64,000 bases of DNA from the NCBI GenBank assembly GCA_965285935.1, contig OZ260664.1:92132001-92196000 (forward strand). The letters are read 5' to 3'. A model generated the notes under the pieces. It did not search any database. It was not told the origin of the DNA and worked only from the letters and a program-made list of their open reading frames with translations. Numbering within the stretch: the first letter of the stretch is position 1; each line of letters begins with the position of its first letter. The DNA comes from Ophelia neglecta (taxonomy: Eukaryota). Of this stretch, positions 26,101 to 36,840 are shown piece after piece. The position numbers were made by a program, and so were the translations under genes.

Positions 26101-27296
26101 CAAACCGACTGAATTGTTTAGCTCTATCTTTTCGATATATATTTATACATTAATGACACTTCATTATTTAAGATACGCTTTAAACAATTCTAGCTACTAA
26201 TAATCATCTTAATGTATTTTAGTATTTAATTTAATTCATTTTATATATCATTCCTCCAGTTGCCGTCGTGGTCGCCTTTTTTATCTGCTGGGCCCCGTTC
26301 CATGCCCAGAGATTGATGACGGTGATCATAAAAGACAACCAGTGGACTGTTACATTGTTGGAGATACAAAGTCAACTGTTCTATGTGTCAGGTAATGAGC
26401 TCCCATTTGTATTATTATAAATAAGTAAATAAACATGGAAGGTTATTTCCTTACCATGTTTTTTTCCTTGGCCTTGCATAGATTTGGATTTGTCTTTTTT
26501 GTTTCTCCAAACATTTCTAATAATTAAGAACAGTAGAACAACATTATGAATATGAATAACCACTAGTCATAATTTGTATTCACCAACAAATAGTTAAAAT
26601 ATTTTTTTACTGCAAATTTGCATTAATCATCATTTGATGGCTGAAAGTTATTTATTTTCAGGAATCCTATGGTTTGTAAGTTCCACGGTGAACCCCATCT
26701 TGTACAATCTGATGTCCCGTAAATACCGAGAGGCCTTCAAACTTACCCTATGTCGCTGCTGTTTCCAGTCGGTATCGGCCGGAAGACGTTCTCATCCTTC
26801 CGTGAGGCGCTTCCCGTCGCAGCCCTCGGAGACCTACGTCTCTGGTATGGGAACCACTCGCGTCGTGCCAGACAAGCACCAATTCTATAAGTCGACGTCT
26901 GGCGGATCAAACCGTGGACAACGCTCCTCATCAAGTAGCGACCGGGCTTGTGGGCACTGGACCAAACGCTTGGGGCTATTCACTACACGTAGCAATGGTA
27001 ATGTCGTTAATAAGGCACGCGTAGGAAATGGCAATATTGGCGGTGAAACAAGCAGGAGCTGTTCTAGCTCGCCTGTCGTGACAGGACTACCAATACGTGC
27101 ACGTGACGAGCTACGCGAGGAATTGGAACTAGCCGTGCTTAATGCAGAAAGTAAAATTCTACCCAAGTGTCAAGTTAAGTGTGAGCCGAAAGCTCAAGGT
27201 GAGGCGAGTAGTCGGACAAATAACGTTGGTCGAGCCGGTGAGCATCGGGCACGCACGTGTTACCACTCACTGGAGGAAACAGGAACTCTGTTATAA
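4794..27296 (+). CDS. Neuromedin-U / PRXamide (pyrokinin/CAPA)-type neuropeptide GPCR, class A; join(4794..5106,20990..21517,26260..26391,26662..27296), 535 aa
   Basis: Four exons (313+528+132+635=1608 nt) splice in frame via GT-AG, all phase 1. Motifs: LGPR before TM1, GN in TM1, MHTATNYYLFSLAVSD, GLPPEL..W..YPWIFGE..C, ERYIAICHP, SRRAVLNMLVAVVVAFFICWAPFHAQRL, NPILYNLMS..YREAFK. E2.61, E3.33 and R6.55, typical of the NMU/ghrelin/PRXamide receptor group, are present. Confidence 0.93.
5820..6046. mobile_element. MITE family A: ~40-bp TIRs, telomere-like GGTTAG core, 8-9 bp TSD
   Basis: Left GGGCTATTGATTAAACGCGGAGGTGCGGAG vs reverse complement of right end GGGCTTTTGATTAAAAGCGGAGGCGCGGAG; flanked on both sides by (C)CTTTTTTT. 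Confidence 0.85.
9760..9778 (+). repeat. (CT)n microsatellite
   Basis: Direct observation. Confidence 0.85.
10767..10985. mobile_element. MITE-like element with perfect 18-bp inverted repeats
   Basis: AGTAACTGAATTGCTCTT (10767-10784) and AAGAGCAATTCAGTTACT (10968-10985). Confidence 0.6.
10995..11104. mobile_element. Small inverted-repeat element
   Basis: TGTCGGTCTG(C)ACGT ... ACGTCTACAGACCGACA; no clear TSD. Confidence 0.4.
11172..11405. mobile_element. MITE with CAGTGGCGGAT(C/T)C TIRs and poly-G/poly-C subterminal tracts
   Basis: CAGTGGCGGATCC...G-run ... C-run...GAATCCGCCACTG. Confidence 0.8.
11555..11732 (+). mobile_element. Tc1/mariner-pogo-like MITE (TA-flanked), degenerate full-length copy
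   Basis: TA|CAATGAGACCTACC...GGTGGTCTC...GTTTCACTC|TA; aligns with the reverse complement of 20462-20578. Confidence 0.65.
13844..14056. mobile_element. MITE with imperfect CC(A/G)GG(G/T)CC(G)..TTTC TIRs
   Basis: CCGGGTCCGGTTTCTGAAAAAGGTCTC vs reverse complement of right end CCAGGGCCCGATTTCTTGAAGACTTC; TTAAG-rich interior. Confidence 0.6.
20016..20149. mobile_element. Small AAGGGACG...CGTCCCTT MITE with G-rich/C-rich arms (G-quadruplex motif 20049-20088)
   Basis: Terminal inverted repeat AAGGGACG / CGTCCCTT; seven tracts of 3 or more G on the + strand. Confidence 0.5.
20462..20578 (-). mobile_element. Same Tc1/pogo-like MITE family, partial copy
   Basis: Ends ...GGTGGTCTGTAAGGCAGGTTTCACTG|TA, with repeated GGTGGTCT subterminal motifs. 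Confidence 0.7.
20990..21517 (+). CDS. GPCR coding exon 2 (end of TM2 to ICL3)
   Basis: Acceptor tttctattgcag|G; GLPPELHGIWQAYPWIFGEPYC...ERYIAICHP...DSLVC...SRRAVLNML; donor G|GTGAGA. Confidence 0.95.
22660..22901 (-). mobile_element. tRNA-derived SINE, 5'-truncated; central domain resembles Meta/MESC-type SINEs
   Basis: Minus strand: B-box GGTTCGAATCC (22898-22888), then GTCAAACCAAAGAC...CCTGCCAGGCGCCTGG...GGACTGGTCAACCCGGTGTCAGTATAATGTGACTGGGTG. Family assignment is from memory of invertebrate SINE cores. Confidence 0.7.
22989..23028 (+). repeat. Perfect 20-bp tandem duplication
   Basis: GGGAACCCCATGGTTCATTT x2. Confidence 0.9.
26260..26391 (+). CDS. GPCR coding exon 3 (TM6, ECL3); absent from the ORF track
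   Basis: Acceptor ttcctccag|TT; VAVVVAFFICWAPFHAQRLMTVIIKDNQWTVTLLEIQSQLFYVS; donor G|GTAATG; 132 nt, phase 1-1. Confidence 0.95.
26662..27296 (+). CDS. GPCR coding exon 4 (TM7, helix 8, long C-tail, stop)
   Basis: Acceptor tttattttcag|GA; GILWFVSSTVNPILYNLMSRKYREAFKLTLCRCC...ETGTLL*; TAA at 27294-27296. Confidence 0.93.
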
Positions 27297-28157
27297 CTGC
27301 TGTGATAATGCAACCAAAACCAAATTTATTTAAAGATTGTTTCAGTGCAGATCTTATAGTTATGTCAATAAGTGCGTCTGATAAACATGCATGATCATTC
27401 ATTGCAGACTATCGGTGTATTTAAAATATTATGTATGATACTTGTATGAAACTCTGATCGTTATTGTCACATTATATTTGTCAATGGAAAAAAAGTAAGC
27501 AGTTTATATTTCTACCCCTGCTTAGTTCACTATGTTGTTTATGGATGCATTATGAACTTTTATTTGATGGATAATTTAACTCAATGAGGTGGATGATCGT
27601 AACAGCATTACCACCGTAAGAACTTGAAATATTGATGTTAATTTAAATTTTAATAGCTGGAATTTAAAACAGCTCAACCAGTAACTATATATATATATGA
27701 TTTTTGTTTTGTTACATGTATTTCGGTATTTGTCAAGTCTATTTTGCAGTTTCTTAGTGATGAAAAACGAAACAAAGCTAATTATATTTGGTGGGAATAT
27801 TAAATATATATAAACGATATAAAGTTACATATTTCACCCATTAACACTGAAGTAAAGTGATGTATCATATTGTATAATGAGGAAGTGATTAAAATATAAA
27901 ACAAACTACTGCTGTGTCAAATTTATAAAACGTATAAGTTATCGTCGAAGGTTTGAAAATTTATCTGCGATTCCCTAATTAAAATTAAATATATATGGTA
28001 TTTCGTTCCCCTACAATGACCACAAAAGCAAAATTATTTAATGTTTATCTTGACATATTTAACTATACATATTATTAAGTCGACGTGCTTCATACCCTCA
28101 AACAAACTATTTGAGGAATAAACTGTGATAAGGTATAGTTAGACCGTCTGTACTGCT

Positions 28158-28163
28158 AATAAA
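28158..28163 (+). terminator. Probable polyadenylation signal of the GPCR
   Basis: AATAAA (a second copy at 28117-28122) followed by a strongly T/GT-rich tract at 28188-28250; implies a ~0.9 kb 3'UTR. Confidence 0.45.
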
Positions 28164-28519
28164 GCAGCAAAATTAAAGAAAACGTAATTTTTTTTCTTGC
28201 TTGCCTCTCTTTTGATAATTTTTGGTTTCTTGTTTTCCTTTTTTGTTTGGAGAGGTTTTAAAAGTAATGATACTGATAATAAAAGTAAAATAATTAAATA
28301 GTTTTGACGTTACTTGTTATACTGTAACTAGACAAGGGTTATTAGTCCATATCCCTGTCTTGTGGACAACTATTTGAATTAAAAATAATAACAATTGATT
28401 ATTTATGTTTGCGTTGCCAATACAGTGATACATAAAATCACCCTGCCTGAATTTCGTAACGAATATGACAATAATCATAAAGATTAATAATAATAATAAA
28501 ATAAATAAATAATAACGGA

Positions 28520-29560
28520 TAACATATCTTTGCCCTTTGATAGTTTCTCAATCGTAATAAAAAGTTCTGAAAAATATAGATCAGCAAAAATAAGCAAATA
28601 ATCTATATGAATAAAGTATTTTGATCAAGAGCTTCTAGCTGGCTTCACTCATGCCAAATTTTACGAAAATCGGCCAATAAACAGTTGAGATACAGCAATT
28701 TGAAATGTTCAAGGTCATGGCGTGACCTAATCTACCAGATTAGATTAGTCCCAAGACCTTCTAACTGGGTACTTTTAAATGTTATAAAAATCGTTCAATT
28801 AATGACTGAGATACTTGATTTTAAAAAGAGGTCAATTAGATAATTTTGGTCAAAAGACTTTCTAACTGGCTACATTCGTGCCAAATCTTGCGGAAATCGG
28901 TCAGTAAACGGCTGAGATATAGTCATTTGAAATTTTCAAAGTAATGGTGTGATCTTAATTTTCAAAATAGGTGAAACAGATTATTATTGATCAAAAGAGC
29001 TTTTATCTGGCTACATTCATGCAAAAGTTACCGGAAATCCTTCCTTAAACGGCCGAGATACAGGCGTTTGGATTTTCAAGGTCACAGTGTGACCTTGACT
29101 TTTCACAGCAGGTCAACCAGATTATTTTATCACTGGCTACATTCAGACAAAATTTTACGTTAATCGTTCCATAAACAGCTGAGATATTGCCATTTCAAAT
29201 TTTCAAGGTCATGGTGTGACCTTCATTTTTTTCAGTAAGTCAACCAGATTATTTTGGACAAATGATTTTATAACTGGCTACATTCGTGCCAAATATTATG
29301 GAAATTGTTTTAAAATCAGCCGAGATATAGCCATTTTAAATTTCCAAGGTCATGTTGTGACCTAGATTTAGAAGATAGATCAACCAAAAGTTAATGACCT
29401 TGAGCCACTGTCCTATTCTAGGTTCTCATCAAATTTCATCGAAATCGGTCAAGTGATTCTTGAGATATCTTGCAGACAGATGCACAGACACACAGACACA
29501 GACATAGACACACACACATGACAACAAAAATGATCTTTGCCGCCTATGGGGCAAGACTAA
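28520..29560 (-). mobile_element. Non-autonomous Helentron/HINE (DINE-1/pearl-like) element with internal tandem repeats
   Basis: Terminal hairpin ATCTTTGCCGCC..GGGGCAAGAC (29533-29557); ATCTTTGCCC repeated at 28526; (CAGA/CA)n at 29473-29518; ~6 diverged units of up to 141 bp. Confidence 0.7.
28615..29385 (+). repeat. Diverged tandem array, ~141-bp unit, ~6 copies
   Basis: Anchor CTGG(C)TACATTC at 28639, 28765, 28866, 29007, 29133, 29274 (spacings 126, 101, 141, 126, 141); shared motifs GAAATCGG, GAGATA and TCAAGGTCATGGTGTGACCT. Confidence 0.85.
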
Positions 29561-29829
29561 TAATAATATTCAAGATAAATAATGATGAATATATTAATAA
29601 CTGATGTTTTAACTACTAGATTATATCTTAAATTCATTCCATGTTTGTCTTATCAAACAGTCTAACCATCACCACATTCTCAGACATTACTCATTCGTTT
29701 ACAAGCACGCTCATAATGGCATATATTACTAATAAATTACTGAGCATGTAAATAATTACTCAATATATCCGCAGCAAAAGCCACTAGCTAGTGCCTGGCA
29801 TGAGTTACTTGAGCGAAAGTAATGCTTAC

Positions 29830-32800
29830 AGTCGCAGTCATTTTGTCCTTAGTCTACCACCTCAGGTGGAAAATTGGTCAGCAGCACAGAAATATCATGG
29901 CCGATACTTCTTTCGACGCCTTAATATGACAAAGAGAGTATTGTTCTGTGTATCGCGTAGCCACCGTATTACTTATTCATTACCTTTTCCAAAATAACCC
30001 TTTCTGTGGGACGGCACATATCAAGATGTTAGTGACGGCTAACTGAATTATGATATAACTTAACAATACAGCATAAACAGAGTTGTAATTGTCTACCAAG
30101 AACCTATATAAAGGAACCCTACTATACTTAAGAGTGGCTCTCAAGGCGTGTGAGTGACTTACATGGAATATAACAATATTTAAACATTGAAAGGGGAAGA
30201 AAAGGACGCTTACCACTTCTAAGATTAAACATCCAGGCCTTGTAAAGAACTATGCATGATGGCGGAATATCATGTATTCTCTGTATATTTTTAAAGCTCG
30301 ATGTATATTTGTTGTGTAAGGGCCTACGCGTAGCTTGGTATATCACCGATTTACTCGGTTCCTCAGGCGGGAGGGTGTTTCTCCTTTTACGTGCTTTCTT
30401 GAATTCTCGGTGATTTCAAAGTGATCAGTTATGTGGCTTTGTTGAACTGAACTTGTATCCTCTTAGTTACTTCTCCTTAAATTTCATGGAGTACTTCAGG
30501 GCATCAATGGTCCTCAGCTAATTGCGTATGTCTAATTTCTTGTAGCGCAGGCTAAGCAATTTTCTTGTGATCATTAGCTTAAAGATTATTAAACCATATA
30601 GATCACCCTTCATGTATCTACATATTCCGCTAAAAAAAAATTATCCCCCAGTTCACATTTTAGCACTTATGTGTCCAAATAGAGACTTATGCTTTTTCTA
30701 ATCGATAACCTTAGGCTCACCAGTGTGTAGTGAATGAGGGTATTATCTGGATCAAGTCTCAATTCTTCAAACAGATCGCTCAGCACTTGTTGATTGGAGG
30801 TAACCACCGTGTCCGGACAGACCGTGGACCGACGTCCAAAGTCGCGCCGGACTAAAGCGAAATGAACCTTAGCCTCAAGTTCCTGACTACAAATGAATTG
30901 ATAATAAGGCGAGTCAGTTATTAATATGGGGTTCCTATAAATACCGGATTGCTTGGGCGAGATGTCAAGGAGAAAGGAAATGGGATATTGAGTAGGTAAG
31001 GTTGTTTCCTGAATGTTTCATATGTGTCTTCTAAGATTTATGTACATTCACACAGACCATATGATTTCTCCACAAAAGGTTTTCCGTCTGCACGTCTATT
31101 GATTTATGTTATAAACGTAAATTAAACAGTCATCCCTATTTTGCTGGTTTGACTCATGACTCGAGGCGAAGGCTATGAGTCTTTATATTATCAAAAACAA
31201 AATAACTTTATAGATGGGCAAAGCCGATAAAGACATCACTGGTCTATAGGAAATGATTTTATTTTCATTAGAGTTTATAAATGTTTCTGTCTATCATTGC
31301 TTCGCCGTCCATAATCCAGTGCATTCTTTTTAAATTATATATGTCTACTTACTCTCATTAGTCTTATGAACATGCGCTGCTCCTTTAATATTTGTTCTCC
31401 CAAAGTTCTGAGAGCACGTACTAAAAATACAATTTTGCAATAGAAAAATTGAGATACAGTAAAGTTCGTAATTGATATCAAACATTTCAATCAAAGTAGA
31501 GCGCAGAGATCATGCGATTTCAATCACAATAGTATACTACCAAAGAGAATTGGCCAAATTGGCACTCTGCACGTTGAGGTCAAGACCGGTCAGGTTTTAA
31601 TTGCAATGATCCCGCTGGCTGATAAAGCAAAAACTGTCAAGTCAGGTCAGTACTATACGAACTGCCACCAAAGGAAGTTTCGATCAATGGCATTATAGTT
31701 TGATGTTAATTTCTCTCCACACACTTAACTTTTATTTAAGGATGGGGGGAAGGGGGAGGGATGCATCTGGTGTTTTGGCAATCACCTTTTTTTGCGTAAA
31801 TTTCCTTCCATTTATAAGCCCCGCCTTAATCAGAAGTTCTCTTAATTGTCTATGTTAAGATTACACAACTAGTGTGTACCTCGTACAAGAGAATGTTTAA
31901 CTAAGAAGAAAGGTCATTCTAAAATAATGGTAATTATTATATTCATTTATCCCTCCCAAATAGAACGTAATTACACCCTGCATACCCGTAATTTCGCGTG
32001 AAAATACATAATGAACTTTCCCTAATTAATAAAAACTAAGCATTTAGTGTGAGTCTCATCATTGACCAATGCCTTTTGTAAAATAACTGTATCCATGAAG
32101 TATACCAACCAAATGATTTAAACAACTCTAAATCATCTTCATATTCTCTTTTTGATATACCTTTAGGTAGAGGGTGGTGTGGCACGAGCGGACTTCCTAT
32201 GATATGTGTACATGTGTTGTCCTAGTATAAACTTTTCCTGTCTCATACATTACATTTGCTTTTACCACTTATAGGTATTACTGAGATGGCTAATGTTAAA
32301 AAAGCTAAATAGGTTCATGATAAAACAAGGACATCGATTCTTCATTTACACCGAATGAATCATCACCATTACGCCCCGCTGGCGCATATTGATAAAATCA
32401 CCGAACACTTAATCGTAGAAATGACGGCACTGGCATGTCCTAAAAATGTTGGTTACCTGGACCCCCTCCCTCTCATTTTTTTTTGGATAATGCCGATGAA
32501 GGCTTTTGTAATAGTAGAACTATTGGTCGATGAAATATTGTTTCACCCAATTGGCAAATAACTAAACTTGTTCGTGTGCGATATCATTCAAATTTGCTTA
32601 AATAATACTAATATAGACTGAGGAAGGAGTAAAGGAATGTGAAGGTTTGTACATGTGATAATGTTTTTATTACTTGCAACTTTTACGTGTCCAAAATATT
32701 GCACCTATGCATTATGAATATTGAAAAAAAAATACACACCATTCACACACTAAAAAAACTTTTTTATCCGTAAAATATTTGGGATATTAAATACCAGGTC

Positions 32801-34241
32801 ATATGCGACAGTGTTTCAGATAAAATAAAATTATCAAATTTGCTCGGTCATGAACCATCTGTCATGAATTAATACTTGTGAAAACTACGATGCTAACAGT
32901 TTTGTTTATTAACGCATCATTTGTTTCGTTCTTTTAATTTTTTTGATCCTTGATCTCTCTAGCCATATCAAGAGACAGGGCTACTTGCCTGCCGGGTGTC
33001 TTCCCAGCTTTCCACATATATCAATGCTGTGCACTTGCCCTCAAATAAATGATTCTTGCTCCTAATAAGCATGCCCTATTACACGACTCACTGCATTTAC
33101 ATTACTGTGTCAATCAAATTACTTATGGCATAAAGGGTCTTTATTACATTTGTCGTTTTAGCTTTGCACGACTAGTTTGCAGAAGAAATTCAAGTAAATC
33201 ATGAATTTTTCGAGACCTGGACATATTTACAAATTCCCCAAACCGTTCAAACTGTCTATGTTTTCATTATGATATTTAGGCAACACAAGTATTTAACATA
33301 TTGCTTAACATAAATATTTTGCTTGCAATGCCACAACAAGCATAGTTCTCTCCAAACAGCTTGTAGCCCTAGCAAGTTATTTGTTCTTTAATGTCCACTT
33401 TGTACTTAACATGGGAAAAAGAAGTAGCTATTTCGATTAACCTTCCGACTCCATATTCTTTTCATGTCGATCAGATATCTGGACCGATAACAAGGAAAAT
33501 TTACCTCCTGTATTGGTTTTCGTCTTGGTGGCACTTAGTATGGAAAATTTAAATAAACTAGTCCATAGAACAGAAGAAAACATTTACTGATGTACGTTTC
33601 GTGACAGATAATACTGGAGCTGGGGACACACATTACTAGATAGAAGGCCACAGCAGAAATAGGTTTACTCAATTTCTCTGATTTGGTTTTGTCTAACAAT
33701 CGCAAAGAAGATATATGTTATTTTACCACACCCAAGAGCACTTTGGTATGCCCATTTGCCCTTTCGTCTCCACGGGTTGTTAACATGTATCATTTCATTA
33801 GCAGTAGCTGGGCTTCATGCCCACGTCAGCGGATTGGGCTTTATTCCTGCTTTCCCGGATGATATTATCCTACATTAGGCGTCAATAACCCGCCGCCTCT
33901 CGACGTTCTGCCGGACACGTTTAAGTGGTGCTCTTGTAAAGCATACCTAACAGAAAGACAATCTTTGCCCGAGCCTAAAAGCCACAGCAAAAGAGATGCA
34001 ATCACTGTTTAAGCATTAGCGCAGGAGTTATTGCCAATTCTACAGAGCTTCATGGTTATATACACTACAAAATTGACATAAAGCTGGCTATTGGCTACAT
34101 AATGTTGATGAATGTTACTTTTTAAGATCCATCGGTGTCACGATTCATACTGATCTGCTCTTCGCCATACACGATAAAGGCATTACAGGCAACATGAATG
34201 AATCTCTCTTCTCTTTGACACCATTTATCCAGTAAGACAGG
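29830..34241 (-). pseudogene. Candidate decayed multi-exon gene of unknown family (exon-like segments 34241-34151, 33692-33588, 30851-30721, 30577-30214, 29919-29830)
   Basis: AG/GT-bounded segments whose phases chain 0-1, 1-1, 1-0, 0-1, 1-1. The first three are open; the last two contain 4 and 1 stops. No homolog recognised. Confidence 0.35.
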
Positions 34242-36359
34242 CTGGAAATATCAGGAAATGTCAGTTCATACCAAAAAATAGCACATCCTAAACAAATAAG
34301 CTGTAATGAGATTGAAATGATTTGCCAAGAAGAATGGTCGAGAGGTGCCAGGAGTCATACAATTTAAAAATCGACAGTGGATACGCGGCGGATAAGGCAA
34401 AATCATTGATCCTTAGAAAAGAAGGATCCTTATAAGCGGTTTTTATGGTATTTGCATACAAAAGTTGCTTTATTAAATGGAAAGGTCTGCGTCATTAGTT
34501 AACACCGAATGCTTGAAAATAAAAAGTAAATATTTATTGAAAAATATAAAATCCAACAACAATGTTCAATATAAGTAACACTCCATTCTGCAATTATGCG
34601 TACGTTTTCCGTACAGTAGGTACATGCAACTTATTAATGTCGCTAAAATACCAGTCCATTTCTATGATGCGATGTGACTGTAGATTCTATAAAATGATGC
34701 TTCGGCACAAACAATTTTTCCTTGAAGGTAAATCAGATTGTGCATGGCTGAAATTCTTATTTTGACTCAATTACGTATTCAGTACATCAAGAAAAATGCC
34801 AACTCTTCTACAACCATTGACATGGGAACAAACTTTCTCTACAGTGCACCCACATGATGGGTTTAGTCATTCATCTCCATAGATCAGTGACAGAACATCA
34901 ATCTTCTGCGCCAGTGACGCATAATGGGCTAGGTGTTACATCTTTTCTTGTCGCCTTCGTCGTCTTTAGCAGACAATGAGATCGAAGTCAGGGTGATTGA
35001 TGAGCCTAAAAAAATGCAATCTGGAAAAGAATGTTACGTCTATGTGCTAAAAAAGATCAGTGATATTTTCTTGCCTGCTAATAGTGAACTAGATATCAAC
35101 GCAAGCTAAGTGAATAGATTGGTGTTCATGTATACGGCATGTGGCTAGTGATTTCTGCTGCTTTCGTAGCGATTTTATAGACTCTTGATTAACGAATTTG
35201 TATGTGTGCTGGTGTATCCGATTCTTTTTGACTTTGTAACAGTTAATAAAACTTTTAAAGTTTAAAACCATTATCCGTGTCATGCAGTGAATAAAAAGAA
35301 ATATCTCAAATCTATAACATAGATGAAAGTACATCGCACCATTGAATACAATCATTCAATAAAATGGATAGTATTCAACAACTTAATTTTTATATTTGAG
35401 GTTACAAATTCATAATGTAACATTTGTAATGTATCATTGCTCGCTCAATTGTTTTAACGCTTTACATGAAACTGTCAAGGACGATACTTGTATCAAGTGA
35501 ACAGGGCTGGAGGAAAAGAAAAAATGTACGAAAGCGCTACGGCTGATCTTGGTGGTAGTAGCAAATATTCAAGCCTGTGTCGCACATTAAAGATAATCGC
35601 TGGAGAGTTAGTGCAATGTAATTTATACAGAAAATTGAGACAAATCATCAGTTCTGCTATTCAATCTTTTAGGTTATTGTTCGCTTTCTTGCAGGTGTTT
35701 TAATTTAAAGTTGCGCATGTATGGAACTATTTTATTAGTAACTATTAGCATGTATTTCATCGCAGTCGTGAGTATTTCTGCCCACCAAAAAAAAAACACG
35801 TTTTTCAATCGACTATTAACAAATTTTTCTCATCAAAGGCTCTACTCAATTCTTGCAAAACGTTGCATTCTTTTTGTTACAGTGATATTTTTGTTACGAA
35901 TTTATTTACTATTCTGAAGCTGGGCTTGGAACTGTTATTATCACAAGACTTCTCTTGTATATATCTATACTCGGAGTAAAGGAATAAAACCAACAGAAGC
36001 TGTGGCTCGGATAGTTTATGGCTGCCGTTTATTTACAATACATGCATTATTATTTTGGGATTACAATGTAACCGTTTGACCCGCTTTCGTGAAAATGACT
36101 GTTTCCAGGATAGGGCTTAGGGTTAAGCACCCGCACGGCCACCCAACCCCTTCAACCTGGCCTAAAGCAGCAAAAATTGGGGAGGTGTCCAGACCCGGTT
36201 TTACAACTGAGTGATATGTATATTCCAATTTTCGTTCTTCGCTGCTGCCAATGTACCGCCAGCACATAGAGGATACAGAACGAGTTTAGTTGGATATATT
36301 CCTGCACCGATTGAATTTCATTTTTGAAATGGTCCCTCGCGGCAGAATAAGACAGGATC

Positions 36360-36840
36360 CTTAATCATTGACCAAAACACAGTTGAAGCCAGATATGTAA
36401 TGATCAATATTGTGACCGCCCGACATATTCGAGCATAACATATTGCTCTTGGAGTTAAGCGGATTCGATGTACGAGCCAATTTGGGTCTCTAGACCAAAG
36501 TGAACGTGACCACGGCTTCGGTGTTGTGATCTATTTCTGCGAATATGTCTATGTGAACTGGCCGCCAAATTTGATTGGGGTGGTGGAAAACATGATTGGA
36601 CACTGACCAAGCATCTGTATCAGTTATGCGTGAATGATAATCGGTCCTTTGATTCTCTCTCCTGGAGATTCAGGATACCTGGAGTCTAATGTCTCTAACC
36701 GAGCAAATGTCTGCAACAAGACTGCGTCATTGGTTCAACTCCTGAATCATGCTACCTTTGTGCACGGTCCAAACCACGTTTTGGTTGTTTGTAAACAAGT
36801 TGACCCTTCTTTGAATCAACATGGGCCCCAGTGACCAAAG
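36360..36840 (-). mobile_element. Decayed DIRS-type (tyrosine-recombinase retrotransposon) RNase H plus methyltransferase-like region
   Basis: Minus frame from 36840: ...VNLFTNNQNVVWTVHKGSMIQELNQ*..IC..RDIRLQVS*ISRRENQRTDYHSRITDTDAWSVSNHVF....IWRPVHIDIFA...N, later TILIITYLASTVFWSMIK. Matches the DIRS pattern FTDNQNV..I..GSM / WIPR..N..AD.LSR..D.DDW / WGP...D.FA / LI.P.W.S..FW. Confidence 0.8.

Noticed and set aside
26743-27402. Antisense and alternative-frame ORFs over GPCR exon 4 (and exon 2)
   Set aside because: Shadow ORFs of GC-richer coding sequence; no motifs.
28615-29385. CRISPR-like periodicity
   Set aside because: Whole units are homologous (no unique spacers), and the context is eukaryotic with no cas genes.
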